Positions 47,937-58,141 of a DNA stretch of 64,000 nt are shown here, piece by piece. The stretch's first letter is position 1. Each line of letters starts with the position of its first letter. Source of the DNA: an uncultured candidatus Porisulfidus sp. Its GTDB lineage: Bacteria > Pseudomonadota > Gammaproteobacteria > Poriferisulfidales > Poriferisulfidaceae. Made by a program: the position numbers and the translations under genes. The stretch covers positions 1,954,985-2,018,984 of the forward strand of contig OZ220480.1 of assembly GCA_965116025.1 (NCBI GenBank), given 5' to 3'. The notes beneath the pieces were generated by a model, which saw nothing but the letters and a program-made list of their open reading frames with translations, ran no database searches and was not told where the DNA came from.

Positions 47937-48349
47937 CGCTCCTCCGCCGGCAACGCGCCACCCAGAATCGGTTCCAGCCCAAGCCCCTGCAAGCGCTCGA
48001 TCGCGGACACGATGGTCTGCACGCTCGCGCGCGGCTCGCTCAGCAACACGAGGGGCCTCCCCGCGTCGAGGCGCTCAACGTCGCGGGCCGTGAGCGTCGC
48101 GTAGCGCTCGACCAGGAGATCGTCGCCACGCAGTTTCAGGCTCCCAGACTCGCCCAGCACGAGGATCTGCGGATCCAAGCGGTCGCTTCGCGCGCTCACG
48201 TCGACGGCGGGGGAACGGAAATCGATCGCGCGCCATCGCTCGAACGTCGAGGAAAGCATGAAGAACAGCAGCAGAATGAAGACCACGTCCACCAGTGGAG
48301 TGAGGCCAATAGAACGGCCGCGCGAGCGACGGGGCTGGATCTCGCTCAT
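47933..48349 (-). CDS. exbD: ExbD/TolR family protein
   Basis: LTPLVDVVFILLLFFML motif. Confidence 0.9.
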   Translation of the reverse strand: MSEIQPRRSRGRSIGLTPLVDVVFILLLFFMLSSTFERWRAIDFRSPAVDVSARSDRLDPQILVLGESGSLKLRGDDLLVERYATLTARDVERLDAGRPLVLLSEPRASVQTIVSAIERLQGLGLEPILGGALPAEER

Positions 48350-49020
48350 GCGCGGCGAACCTGATCTTGGACGAGCGACCGGCCGCTCGCCGCGCGCAAC
48401 GCCAGCGCCTGGTCCAGATCGTCACGCATTCCGTCGGCGCAAATCTCGACTTTCCGCTCGAACCAGTTATGCGCCAGCATCACGGGAATCGCGACGGCCA
48501 GCCCGACCGCCGTGGTGAGCAAGGCCTTCCAGATACCGCCGGAGAGGGTTGACGGATCGACCCGAGATCCCGCGGCCTCCATGGCCTGGAACGCCTCGAT
48601 CATGCCCAGCACGGTGCCGAACAGGCCCAGAAGCGGGGAAAGCGTGAAAATCACCTCGAGCAGGCGCAGATGGCCGCGCAACCCGTTGATCGCCTCGCGC
48701 GCGATTCGCGTCGCCTCGGACCTGATGTCGTCAGCGGACAGGCCGGGGCGCTCAAAAAGGTCCAGAGCCCTAACCAGAACGGAAGCGGACAGACTCCCGC
48801 CCCGTGCTCGCAGGCTTTGGATCGCCCGCGTCCAGACTCCTCCTTCCAGTAATTCCCGCGTCTCCGGCGACATCGCCCGGGTCGCGGGTCTCGCCCGGAA
48901 GAACTGCCAGAACTTGGCGAAGCAGACCGTGAGCGCGGCGATGGAGAAGACGCCGAGAAGCCATACGACAGGACCTCCCAGCGACAAGAACCGGATCAAA
49001 CCGTCAACTAGAACTTCCAC
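48346..49020 (-). CDS. exbB: MotA/TolQ/ExbB proton channel protein
   Basis: GGPVVW, SPLLGLFGTVLGMI.AF and GGIWKALLTTAVGLAVAIP motifs. Confidence 0.92.
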   Translation of the reverse strand: MEVLVDGLIRFLSLGGPVVWLLGVFSIAALTVCFAKFWQFFRARPATRAMSPETRELLEGGVWTRAIQSLRARGGSLSASVLVRALDLFERPGLSADDIRSEATRIAREAINGLRGHLRLLEVIFTLSPLLGLFGTVLGMIEAFQAMEAAGSRVDPSTLSGGIWKALLTTAVGLAVAIPVMLAHNWFERKVEICADGMRDDLDQALALRAASGRSLVQDQVRRA

Positions 49021-49063
49021 GGACCCTTGCCCTCCCTGGGCGAAATCACGCGCGCACTATACC

Positions 49064-49100
49064 ATAAATAATAATCATTATCATTTGCAATATCATTATC
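49064..49100. promoter_or_regulatory. Overlapping Fur boxes upstream of exbB
   Basis: ATAAATAATAATCATTATC (49064-49082) matches GATAATGATAATCATTATC at 15/19. An overlapping box at 49070-49088 matches at 14/19, and a further ATCATTATC half-site runs to 49100. Confidence 0.9.
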
Positions 49101-49287
49101 AGACTATTGAGCCTGGGCGGGAGCGCCCGACTCCACGCTACCTCCCGATCAAACGCGCCGCCGAAACGCTCCCGCGAACGCGCGTCCAGCTCGCGCCAGC
49201 CGAATCCTCGCCCGCGCCGAATTAGCGCCATCGCCCAGGACGCATTTGGTTTAAAATGGATTCCCCATTCCGCTTATATCCGCTCTC

Positions 49288-50724
49288 ATGGAACACCATC
49301 CCGTCATAGCCCCCGGCATCGGGGACCGCGCCAAGCGAGCGACCGTCTACGCCCCTTGGGACCGCTCGCCCATCGCCACGGTGGACATCATCGATGCCGA
49401 CCAAGCGGACAAGGCTCTGCAGACCGCCTTCGCCATCTATCAGGACAAATCGCGCTGGCTGCCCCCCGCGAAACGCATCGAGATTCTGGAAAAAACCGCG
49501 CGCCTCATGGAGGAGCGCGCCGAGGAGCTGGCCGTGGAGGCGGCCCGCGAGGGAGGCAAGCCCCTGCCGGACTCCCAGGTCGAGGTCGCTCGGGCGATCG
49601 ACGGCATGCGCAGTTGCGTGGAGACGCTGCGCACCGAGGCGGGCCGGGAGATCCCGATGAATCTGAACGCCGCCTCGGCCCACCACATGGCGCTGACCCG
49701 CAAGTATCCGATCGGCGTGGTCCTCGCGTTCTCCGCGTTCAACCATCCGCTCAACCTGATCGTGCACCAAGTCGGCCCGGCCCTCGCCACCGGTTGCCCG
49801 GTCATCGTCAAGCCCGCGCTCGACACGCCCCTGTCGTGCATGCGCTTCGTGGAAACGCTGCGCCAAGCCGGGTTACCCGATGGCTACGCGCAAGCCGTCA
49901 ACCTGGGCGACCACGCGGTGGCCGAACGAATGGTCTCGGACCCCCGAGTCGCGTTCTTCAGCTTCATCGGAAGCGGCGAGGTCGGATGGACGCTCCGCTC
50001 GAAGCTGGCGCCCGGCGCGCGTTGCGCGCTGGAACATGGCGGCATCGCCCCGGTGATCGTGGCGGCGGACGCCGACATCGACGATGCCCTGCCCCTGATG
50101 GCCAAGGGCGGGTTCTATCACGCCGGGCAGGTCTGCGTGTCGGTGCAACGGGTCTACGCCGACCGAAGCGTGGCCCGGCGCGTCGCCGAAGGACTGGCCA
50201 AACTCGGCGACGGCATGAAGGTCGGCGACCCCACCGAAGCCGACACGGAGGTCGGCCCCCTGATCCGCCCGGCCGAAGTGGACCGGGTGGAGACCTGGGT
50301 TCAGGAGGCCGTGGACGCGGGGGCGGAACGAATCAGCGGCGGGCGACGACTCTCGGACACCGCCTACCAGCCGACCGTGCTGCTGAACCCTCCGGCCGAC
50401 GCCAAGGTCAGCGCCCGCGAGGTGTTCGGGCCCGTGATCTGCGTGTACGACTTCGACGACATCGACGACGCCATCGCGCGCGCCAACGCCGGACCGTACT
50501 CGTTTCAGGCCGCCGTGTTCAGCCAGAACATCGACACCGCGCTGCATTGCTATCACCAGCTGGAGGCCGCCGCCGTGATGGTCAACGACCATACCGCGTT
50601 CCGAGTCGACTGGATGCCGTTCGCGGGGCTCAAGCAGTCGGGCCACGGCGTGGGCGGCATCCCCTACACCTACGAGGACATGCAGGTCGACAAGCTGATG
50701 GTCGTCCGCTCGCCTTCCCTCTAG
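49288..50724 (+). CDS. Aldehyde dehydrogenase family protein
   Basis: FNHPLN, KPA, FIGS, LEHGG, GQVCVS and EVFGP motifs. Confidence 0.95.
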   Translation: MEHHPVIAPGIGDRAKRATVYAPWDRSPIATVDIIDADQADKALQTAFAIYQDKSRWLPPAKRIEILEKTARLMEERAEELAVEAAREGGKPLPDSQVEVARAIDGMRSCVETLRTEAGREIPMNLNAASAHHMALTRKYPIGVVLAFSAFNHPLNLIVHQVGPALATGCPVIVKPALDTPLSCMRFVETLRQAGLPDGYAQAVNLGDHAVAERMVSDPRVAFFSFIGSGEVGWTLRSKLAPGARCALEHGGIAPVIVAADADIDDALPLMAKGGFYHAGQVCVSVQRVYADRSVARRVAEGLAKLGDGMKVGDPTEADTEVGPLIRPAEVDRVETWVQEAVDAGAERISGGRRLSDTAYQPTVLLNPPADAKVSAREVFGPVICVYDFDDIDDAIARANAGPYSFQAAVFSQNIDTALHCYHQLEAAAVMVNDHTAFRVDWMPFAGLKQSGHGVGGIPYTYEDMQVDKLMVVRSPSL

Positions 50725-50751
50725 AGACCGGAACGCGGCCCGCTCCTCACC

Positions 50752-51597
50752 ATGCGCCTGACCGCGGCCGAGTTCCGCGCCCTCCCGCACAAGGCCGTCA
50801 CCCTGCTCGGCATGTCGGGCGTGGGCAAGACCCGGCTATCCGAGCGCCTCGACAAGACGCGGTGGTTCCACTATTCCGGTGACTATCGGATCGGCACGCG
50901 CTATCTCAGCGAGAACATTCTCGACAACCTCAAGGCGAAGATGATGGAGGTGCCGTTCTTGGCGGACCTGCTGCGCTCGGACTCCATCTATATCTCCAAC
51001 AACATCACCGTCGGCAATCTGGAGCCGGTCTCGACGTTTCTCGGAAAGCCCGGGAACCCCGACCTCGGAGGCCTGTCGCTGCGGGAATTCAAGAACCGAC
51101 TGCGACTCCACCACGATGCCGAGATCGAGGCCATGCGCGACGTCCCGTCGTTTATTCGCAAAGGACAGGAGATCTACGGCTACCCGCACCTCGTGAACGA
51201 CGCCGGCGGCAGCCTGTGCGAGCTGCGGCGCCCAGACGTGTTCGAGCTGCTGGCCCAACATACCCTGATCCTCTACATCCATGCCGACGACCGACAAATC
51301 GAGGAGCTGTGCGAGCGCCAAGCGAAAAGCCCCAAGCCCCTCTACTACCCGGAAGCCTTTCTGGACCAGTCGATCAAGAGTTTTCTGGGCGAGCGCGGGT
51401 TACGAGATTTCCAGGAAATCGATCCCGACGACTTCACCCGCTGGGCCTTCCCGCGATTGTCACGGGACCGCCTGGAACGCTACCGGAGCATCGCGGACCA
51501 GTACGGCTACGCCGTGAGCATGGACGAGATCGGGGACGTTCGGAATTCCGACGACTTCGTCGATCTGATCGCCCGGGCCATCACGCGCGCGGACTAG
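50752..51597 (+). CDS. Uncharacterised P-loop NTPase/kinase-like protein
   Basis: GMSGVGKT Walker A, HYSGDYRIGTRYL, DAGGSLCE and PKPLYY motifs. Confidence 0.8.
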   Translation: MRLTAAEFRALPHKAVTLLGMSGVGKTRLSERLDKTRWFHYSGDYRIGTRYLSENILDNLKAKMMEVPFLADLLRSDSIYISNNITVGNLEPVSTFLGKPGNPDLGGLSLREFKNRLRLHHDAEIEAMRDVPSFIRKGQEIYGYPHLVNDAGGSLCELRRPDVFELLAQHTLILYIHADDRQIEELCERQAKSPKPLYYPEAFLDQSIKSFLGERGLRDFQEIDPDDFTRWAFPRLSRDRLERYRSIADQYGYAVSMDEIGDVRNSDDFVDLIARAITRAD

Positions 51598-51602
51598 TTT
51601 CC

Positions 51603-52610
51603 ATGCCCCTGCTTCGCCTGCAGGACGCGCCCAGCCTGGACCGAGTCTCCCGAGAGGGCGCCCAGGTGGTTGAGCGCGTTCCAGAGGACGCGATTCGTCT
51701 GGACATCGGCTTGCTCAACATGATGCCGGACCGCGCGCTGGCCGCGACCGAAAGGCAGTTCCTGCGACTTCTGGACAGCCATGAGCGACGTTGCTGCGCC
51801 ATGCGCTTCTTCACTATCGAGGGGATTTCCCGGGGAGAGACGGGCCGCGACCATCTGCGGCGACTCTATCGCGACCGCTCGGAGATCGGCGACGCGGGTC
51901 TGGACGCCCTGATCATCACGGGCGCCAACGTCACCGAGCCCGATCTGACGAGCGAGCCGTTCTGGGAGGATCTCGCCGACGCGCTGCGACTCGCCGACCG
52001 GCTTCAGATACCCGTCTTCTGCTCCTGCCTGGCCGCGCACGCGTCCGCGCTAATCTTTCACGGGATCGCCCGCCGCCACCTGCCACGCAAGCGCTGGGGA
52101 ATCTTCGACCACTCCGTCCTCAAGCCCGACCATCCCTTGGTCGCGCGCCTGCCGAGCCGGTTCGAGATGCCGCACTCGCGCTTCAACGAGATCCCGGAAT
52201 CGGATTTGCGCGCGCGGGGCGTGGACATCCTGGTCTCGAGCCCGGTCGCCGGCGCGCAAATGGCGGTGGAGCCAGACGGTCGCCGATTGTATTTTCAGGG
52301 GCACCCGGAATACGAGGCCATCAGCTTGCTGAAAGAGTACAAGCGCGAGATCCTGCGCTATCTTTCCAAAGAGCGTGGAGATTATCCTCCGATGCCCGAT
52401 AACGCGCTCAACGAGACGGCGGCCGGTCTCGCCCGGGGATTTCGGGAACGAGTCCTGTCGCTCGGTGGCGGAGCGGAACGAATCGGGGAATTTCCGGAGG
52501 AAGAGCTGGCGACCGGGACGCGCCATACTTGGGAAGACGTTTCCCGTCAGCTATTTCGCAACTGGCTCGACTCCCTTCCGACGACAAATCAGGCCATCAG
52601 TCCCCACTGA
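51603..52610 (+). CDS. metA: Homoserine O-acyltransferase MetA
   Basis: IGLLNMMP, TERQF.RLL, DALIITGA, catalytic SCL, PHSR and QGHPEY....L.KEY.R motifs. Confidence 0.9.
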   Translation: MPLLRLQDAPSLDRVSREGAQVVERVPEDAIRLDIGLLNMMPDRALAATERQFLRLLDSHERRCCAMRFFTIEGISRGETGRDHLRRLYRDRSEIGDAGLDALIITGANVTEPDLTSEPFWEDLADALRLADRLQIPVFCSCLAAHASALIFHGIARRHLPRKRWGIFDHSVLKPDHPLVARLPSRFEMPHSRFNEIPESDLRARGVDILVSSPVAGAQMAVEPDGRRLYFQGHPEYEAISLLKEYKREILRYLSKERGDYPPMPDNALNETAAGLARGFRERVLSLGGGAERIGEFPEEELATGTRHTWEDVSRQLFRNWLDSLPTTNQAISPH

Positions 52611-53131
52611 CCGATCCGGTACAGCCCGCTCTGCAGAAAATACACCCCGAACAGGGCCACCATGGGCGATAGGTCCAGCATTCCGGTATCTGGAAGAACG
52701 CCGCGGATTCGCATCAGCATCGGGGTGGTCAGGCTACGCGCCAGACTCAGAAACGGGTCCGCGGCCGCGGAGAACCGGACCCAGCTGGCTATCACCACGA
52801 CGATCAGGGCGACCAAGTAGACGTTTAACGCCATCCCGAGGACCCGGGTCAGGGCGTACAGCGCGATTCCTGGGTACGACGCCTCCAGCCGCGCGGCCCC
52901 GCCGACGTACATGCGAACCAGTTCCAGCGCCAGCGCGATGACGAGCAGGGCGAGGTCCCAGTCCCGGACCGGCGGCACCACGCGCCGGACCCAGCGGTGC
53001 GGCAGATCGGTCACCCGCGCCAGAGCCTGCGAGACCGGGTTGTAGAAATCCGCTTGGTGGTAGGTCAGTAGCAGCCGCGCCAGAAAAGCGTACAGGTACA
53101 AGGTCAGGGCGAGCTGGAGGATGGCTTCCAT
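52589..53131 (-). CDS. yggT: YggT family membrane protein
   Basis: ADFYNPVSQ...VT and LDLSPMV motifs; follows proC. Confidence 0.9.
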   Translation of the reverse strand: MEAILQLALTLYLYAFLARLLLTYHQADFYNPVSQALARVTDLPHRWVRRVVPPVRDWDLALLVIALALELVRMYVGGAARLEASYPGIALYALTRVLGMALNVYLVALIVVVIASWVRFSAAADPFLSLARSLTTPMLMRIRGVLPDTGMLDLSPMVALFGVYFLQSGLYRIGQWGLMA

Positions 53132-53132
53132 G

Positions 53133-53972
53133 TCAGGCCCGGGCGTGCTCGTCGCCCATCTCCGCGGCCCGATTCCGCGCCGCCTCCATCGCGTCCCGAA
53201 CCAACTCCCGGAACCCCGCCATCTCCAAGACGTTCAAGGCGGCCTCGGTCGTCCCGCCTCTCGACGTCACCTTGCGGCACAGCTCGTCCAAGGAATCTTC
53301 CGAGGAGACCGCCAGTTCCCGCGCCCCGCGAGCCGTCTCCAGCACCAGCAGGCGAGACTGGTCCTCGTCCAGGCCCATGTGGCGGGCCGCCTCGACCATC
53401 GCGCGCAGGAACAGGAAGAAATAGGCGGGACCGCTGCCCGAGACCGCGGTGGCGACATCCATCAGGGACTCGTCCTCGACCCAGAGGATCTTTCCCACTC
53501 CCTCCATGATCCGGCCCGCCAGCGTCCGTCGCGCGCCGTCGACATCCGCGCGCGCGTACAGGACGCTCATCCCGGCCCCGACCAGAGCCGGCGTGTTCGG
53601 CATGGCGCGCGCCACCGGGCAATGCCCGCCCGTCCAGCGCGCCAGATCGTCCGCGCGCGCGCCCGCCGCGACGCTCACCAGCAAGGGCCGGTCCACCACC
53701 ATCCAAGGCGCGAGCTCGGTGGCGGTCGTCGACAACCGGTCGGGCTTGGTCGCGAACAGCACGACATCGGGAGACGACTTCGAGTACGCCAGCGAGTTCT
53801 CGTAGTACAGCCGCGTCAGCCCGAGGCCCGCGGCCAGCGCCTGATGCGCCCGCGGATCGGGATCGGACACCGTGATATCGTCCGCCTTCCAGCCGGACCG
53901 GACCAGCCCGCCCGCCAGCGAGCGACCCATGTTGCCGCCCCCGATCAAAAGGATTCTTGGATTCTCAGGCAT
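53133..53972 (-). CDS. proC: Pyrroline-5-carboxylate reductase
   Basis: IGGGNMG, RAMPNTP, SGSGPAY and VTSRGGTT motifs. Confidence 0.96.
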   Translation of the reverse strand: MPENPRILLIGGGNMGRSLAGGLVRSGWKADDITVSDPDPRAHQALAAGLGLTRLYYENSLAYSKSSPDVVLFATKPDRLSTTATELAPWMVVDRPLLVSVAAGARADDLARWTGGHCPVARAMPNTPALVGAGMSVLYARADVDGARRTLAGRIMEGVGKILWVEDESLMDVATAVSGSGPAYFFLFLRAMVEAARHMGLDEDQSRLLVLETARGARELAVSSEDSLDELCRKVTSRGGTTEAALNVLEMAGFRELVRDAMEAARNRAAEMGDEHARA

Positions 53973-54015
53973 CCACCATTCCCGCCCGCCGCGGAGGCAA
54001 GCTCCGATTCTCGCA

Positions 54016-54903
54016 TTATAGAGGGCGAACGCGCGCGGGAAACGCCTCCCGCGCGTCGAACACCGGACCATCGACGCATACCCGCTTCATGGCCACGCCA
54101 TCTTCCTTCACGATCTTCACCGCGCACCCGGCGCACCCGCCGACCGCGCACGCCATGTATTCCTCCATGCATACTTGGCACGGCAGGGCGAACTCCTCGG
54201 CCAGCCGGGCCACCGCCTCCAGCATCGGCGTCGGCCCACAGGCGTAGACGGCCACCCGCCTGAGCGCGTCGGGAGGCTGAGACTCGAGCCATATCCGGGC
54301 GAACGCGTCCACATAGCCGTCGTGGCATCCAGCATAGCCCCGGGTGGAGCATAAGCGAGACGCGACTCCCCAGTCGTCGAGCAATCCCATGCAGGCGATC
54401 ACGCCATCCGGCGCGCCCGGGACCAGAATGGTCGAGGGACGGCTTTCGAACGGAAACGGGATCTCCGAGCCCATCACCACCAGCGGCGCGGAGCGATCCC
54501 GGATCTCGCGGGCGAGAAACAGAATCGGCGGAATCCCGACCCCGCCCCCGATCAGCAACGGCCGATCGCGCTCCGGATCGAACCGGAAGCCTCGTCCGAT
54601 CGGGCCAAGCGTCGGCAAGGTCTCGCCTTCCCGGACTCGCGCCAGAGCCGCCGTCCCCGCTCCCACCACCTTGTACAGAAACTCGACCGTCCCGGCCTTC
54701 CGGTCGCTCCACAGGATGGAGAGCGGGCGGCGCGTCATGCGGCCGCCTCCAGGAACCTCCAGATGCGCGAAGCTCCCCGGCGTCGCGAATTCGGCGATCA
54801 CGGGAGCTTCCAGCGTCAGGGCGTGCTGGTTCGCCTCCAAGTGGCGCGCGCGAAGCGCGCGCGCGTCAACGCTGTGAATGGGAACGCGAGACGCCGCCGT
54901 CAC
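54016..54903 (-). CDS. pyrK: Dihydroorotate dehydrogenase electron-transfer subunit (PyrK-like)
   Basis: RRPLSI, GPIG.GF, IGGGVGIPP, ACGP.PML, E..MACAVGGCAGC and RVCVDGPVF motifs. Confidence 0.9.
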   Translation of the reverse strand: MTAASRVPIHSVDARALRARHLEANQHALTLEAPVIAEFATPGSFAHLEVPGGGRMTRRPLSILWSDRKAGTVEFLYKVVGAGTAALARVREGETLPTLGPIGRGFRFDPERDRPLLIGGGVGIPPILFLAREIRDRSAPLVVMGSEIPFPFESRPSTILVPGAPDGVIACMGLLDDWGVASRLCSTRGYAGCHDGYVDAFARIWLESQPPDALRRVAVYACGPTPMLEAVARLAEEFALPCQVCMEEYMACAVGGCAGCAVKIVKEDGVAMKRVCVDGPVFDAREAFPARVRPL

Positions 54904-56186
54904 GCCGCGCCTTCCCGTTGATAGACGACCGTTCCCCCGCGGACGGTGGCGCGCACCTGATCGTCGAAACGCCATCCGTCGAACGGCGTGTTCCGCCCCA
55001 CGCTCAGCATCGAGTCGGCCTTGAAGGTCCAAGGCTCGCCCAAACGAACGACGCTGAGATCCGCGGCCGCGCCGACCGCCAGCGTGCCCGCGCCACGGCC
55101 CAGAATGGCGGCCGGGCCCGCCGTGAGCAGCTCCACCGCGCGCGCGCGGGAGAGAACCTCCTCGGACACCAGCTTCATGGTCAGCGGCAGCAGGGTCTCG
55201 ATACCCGAGATCCCCGGACGGGCTTCGGGAAACGGCGCCATTTTCGAATCCGGGTCCAGAGGCTGGTGATCCGAGCAGATCGCCTGGATGACGCCGTCGC
55301 GCACGCCCTCGCGCAGGCGCTCGCGGTCGCGCTCGGCGCGCAGGGGCGGAACGACCAGCGCGTTGACGTCGAATCCGCTCACCGCCTCCTCCGTCAAAAA
55401 CAGCTGATGCGCCGCGACGTCCGCGGTCACGGGAAGCCCGGCGCGCCGCCCGATCTCCAACATGTCCACCGCTCGCGCGCAGGACAAGCGGCAGAAATGA
55501 ACCCGCGCGCCAGTGTCCTGCACCAGCGCCGTCATCTGCGCGAGAGCGGCGGTCTCCGCCGCCGGCGGAATTCCCGGCAGTCCCAGCCGTGCCGCGAAGG
55601 CGCCCTCATGCGCGCAGCCTTGGCTCGCCAAGGCATGGTCTAGGGGATGGTAGAACAGGGTGAGGTCCTGGCTCGCCGCGTATTCCATGACCCGGCGCAA
55701 CACCAGCAGGTTCGCGTAGGGGCGCCGCCCATTGCCGACCCCAACGCAACCCGCCTCGCGCAACGCGCCCAGGCTGGCCAGCTGCGTGTCTCCTAGTTCC
55801 TGCATGGCGGCGCCGAGGACTTCCAAGCGCGCGAAGCCGGCCTGCCGCGCCTGCTTCATCAACAGCCCCACCGCCGCCGGCGAATCCGGGATTGGCTGCG
55901 TCTCCGCCCCTGAGCAGACCGTGGTCACCCCGCCCGCCGCCGCGGCCCGCGTCTCGCTCCGCGCGCTAGCGCGCCGCTCGCCGATCGGGCTCAGGCAGAC
56001 CGCGAGGTCCACCACGCCCGGCATCACCAGGCAACCCCGCGCGTCCACCACCCGGTCCGCCTCGAACTCCTCCATCGCCGACCCCATCCCGACGATCTTG
56101 CCGCGCGCGCAAAACACGTCGCGAACCGCGTCGACCCCGCTCGCGGGGTCGACGACGTAGCCCCCACGCACGGCCAGTCGCGTCAC
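54900..56186 (-). CDS. Dihydroorotase-like protein, probably the inactive PyrC' subunit of ATCase
   Basis: Amidohydrolase fold ([22 protein letters not shown]), but the metal-binding HxH is replaced (DLAVCL). Directly downstream of pyrB. Confidence 0.85.
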   Translation of the reverse strand: MTRLAVRGGYVVDPASGVDAVRDVFCARGKIVGMGSAMEEFEADRVVDARGCLVMPGVVDLAVCLSPIGERRASARSETRAAAAGGVTTVCSGAETQPIPDSPAAVGLLMKQARQAGFARLEVLGAAMQELGDTQLASLGALREAGCVGVGNGRRPYANLLVLRRVMEYAASQDLTLFYHPLDHALASQGCAHEGAFAARLGLPGIPPAAETAALAQMTALVQDTGARVHFCRLSCARAVDMLEIGRRAGLPVTADVAAHQLFLTEEAVSGFDVNALVVPPLRAERDRERLREGVRDGVIQAICSDHQPLDPDSKMAPFPEARPGISGIETLLPLTMKLVSEEVLSRARAVELLTAGPAAILGRGAGTLAVGAAADLSVVRLGEPWTFKADSMLSVGRNTPFDGWRFDDQVRATVRGGTVVYQREGAA

Positions 56187-57178
56187 CACGCCCGACTCCG
56201 CATCACCATGGACAGGATGGCCATGCGCACCGCCACGCCATTGCGGACCTGCTCGAGAATCGTCGAGCGCGGGCCATCCACCACCGCCGAATCCGCCTCC
56301 ACCCCGCGGTTGACCGGCCCCGGGTGCATCACGACTCCATCGTCCGCCAGCAAACCCACGCGCGCCCGGGTCAGTCCGTAGAGCCGGTAGTATTCGGTCT
56401 CGTTCGGCACGAAACTGCCATGCATGCGCTCTTTCTGCAAGCGTAGCAGGATCACGGCCTGCGCTCCCTTCAGTCCCTCTTCCATGGACCTCATCGGCAC
56501 CACGCCTAAGCTGGCCGCCTCTCTTGGCAGCAAGGTCCTCGGCGCGACCACCCGGATCTCGCCCACGCCCAGGGTCCGCAGGGCCTGAATCTCGGACCGC
56601 GCCACTCGCGAGTGCAGGATATCCCCGACGATGACGACCGTGATCGCGCCGAAATCCGGAAAGCGCCGGCGCAGCGTGAACATGTCCAGCATGGCTTGGG
56701 TCGGGTGCGCGTGCCGACCGTCGCCGGCGTTGATGACGCTGACGCGCTCGGCGACATGGCGGGCGATGAAATGCGCCGCCCCGCTTTGGTGGTGGCGCAC
56801 CACGAACATGTCGCAACGCATCGACTCGAGATTCCGCAACGTGTCCAGCAGACTCTCGCCTTTGGTCGTGGCCGCGGTGGCCAGATCCAGATTCAGAACG
56901 TCGGCGGACAGGCGCTTCGCCGCCAGCTCGAAGGTGGTGCGGGTGCGGGTGCTGGCCTCGAAAAACAGGTTGACGATGGTCTTGCCGCGGAGCAGCGGAA
57001 CCTTCCGCGCCGCCTGATCCGAGGCCACGTGGAACGACTGAGCGGTGTCCAGAATCTCTTCCAGCAGGGACGCTGGCAGTCCCTCGACGCTCAGAAAATG
57101 GCGCAAGCGTCCCTGCTCATCGATCTGGCTCTGCGCCGCCGGCGGCGCGCGAAACAGGGGAGTCTGGACCGGGCTCAC
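56183..57178 (-). CDS. pyrB: Aspartate carbamoyltransferase catalytic subunit
   Basis: [36 protein letters not shown] and [11 protein letters not shown] motifs. Confidence 0.98.
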   Translation of the reverse strand: MSPVQTPLFRAPPAAQSQIDEQGRLRHFLSVEGLPASLLEEILDTAQSFHVASDQAARKVPLLRGKTIVNLFFEASTRTRTTFELAAKRLSADVLNLDLATAATTKGESLLDTLRNLESMRCDMFVVRHHQSGAAHFIARHVAERVSVINAGDGRHAHPTQAMLDMFTLRRRFPDFGAITVVIVGDILHSRVARSEIQALRTLGVGEIRVVAPRTLLPREAASLGVVPMRSMEEGLKGAQAVILLRLQKERMHGSFVPNETEYYRLYGLTRARVGLLADDGVVMHPGPVNRGVEADSAVVDGPRSTILEQVRNGVAVRMAILSMVMRSRAW

Positions 57179-57711
57179 CGAAGCGACTCTTCCAGCAATG
57201 AGCCGCTGGATCGCGTGATCACCAGTTCCAGAGGCTCCGGACCCCGCAGCTTGACTCGGTCTTCCGGTCCCAGATCCAAGCGCGTCCCGACCAGATCGGG
57301 CGCCACCGGGATTTCCCGACCCGGGCGCTCGACCAGCACCGCCAACGTCACCGAGGCCGGGCGGCCGTACTCGAACAACTCGTTGAGCGCGGCCCGCGTG
57401 GTGCGCCCGGTGAACAGCACGTCGTCGACCAGAAGGACGTGCCGGTCGTCCAGCGAGGCTGGCATGCGCGCTGGCTTCAGCGGGCGCGGCGCGGCGCGGC
57501 CCACGTCGTCACGGTGGTAGCTGACGTCCAGCGTTCCCAGCGGCTCAGCGACCGCGCAACGCGCCCGCAAAGCCTCGGCCACCCACACCCCCCCGGTATG
57601 GATGCCGACGAAGACCGGCAGGGCGATCCCCCGAGCGGTCAGGAAGGACTGAACGGAATCGCCCAAGCGGGCGAGCGCGGCGCCGACATCAACTCTCTCG
57701 CGCGACGACAT
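57175..57711 (-). CDS. pyrR: PyrR bifunctional regulator / uracil phosphoribosyltransferase
   Basis: [15 protein letters not shown] and [15 protein letters not shown] motifs. Confidence 0.93.
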   Translation of the reverse strand: MSSRERVDVGAALARLGDSVQSFLTARGIALPVFVGIHTGGVWVAEALRARCAVAEPLGTLDVSYHRDDVGRAAPRPLKPARMPASLDDRHVLLVDDVLFTGRTTRAALNELFEYGRPASVTLAVLVERPGREIPVAPDLVGTRLDLGPEDRVKLRGPEPLELVITRSSGSLLEESLR

Positions 57712-58141
57712 GCTGCTCCGACAGCCAAGCATTCAGGATATAGGCGGCCGCCATCTTATCAATCTCGCCCGAGACGAGCCTTCTCTGGAGGCCGGCCCGA
57801 CGGCGCGCGCGCGAATCGGCGCGCGCGCACTCGGAGGTGTAGTCCTCGTTGACCCGCGCCACCGGCAAGCCGTAGCGCGCGGCCAATCCGGCGCGAAAGC
57901 GGCGCAACGCGCGCGTCAGGTGCCCGTCGGCCCCGACCCGCGCCTCCGGCTCGCCCACCACCAAGACGCTCGGTCGCCACGTCCGAACCAAGCGGTCGAT
58001 CCCCGACCAATCCACCGAGCCGCGGCGGTTGGCGACGACCTCCACCCCGCGCGCGGTCGCGATCTTCAGCGAGCCGACCGCCACGCCAATCCGGGCGAGC
58101 CCGAAATCGAACGCCAGCGCGACTTGGTAGTCGTCAGGCAT
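57689..58141 (-). CDS. ruvX: Holliday junction resolvase-like RuvX/YqgF
   Basis: AFDFGLARIGVAVG, VVG.P, E..TS and D..AA..IL motifs. Confidence 0.92.
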   Translation of the reverse strand: MPDDYQVALAFDFGLARIGVAVGSLKIATARGVEVVANRRGSVDWSGIDRLVRTWRPSVLVVGEPEARVGADGHLTRALRRFRAGLAARYGLPVARVNEDYTSECARADSRARRRAGLQRRLVSGEIDKMAAAYILNAWLSEQHVVARES

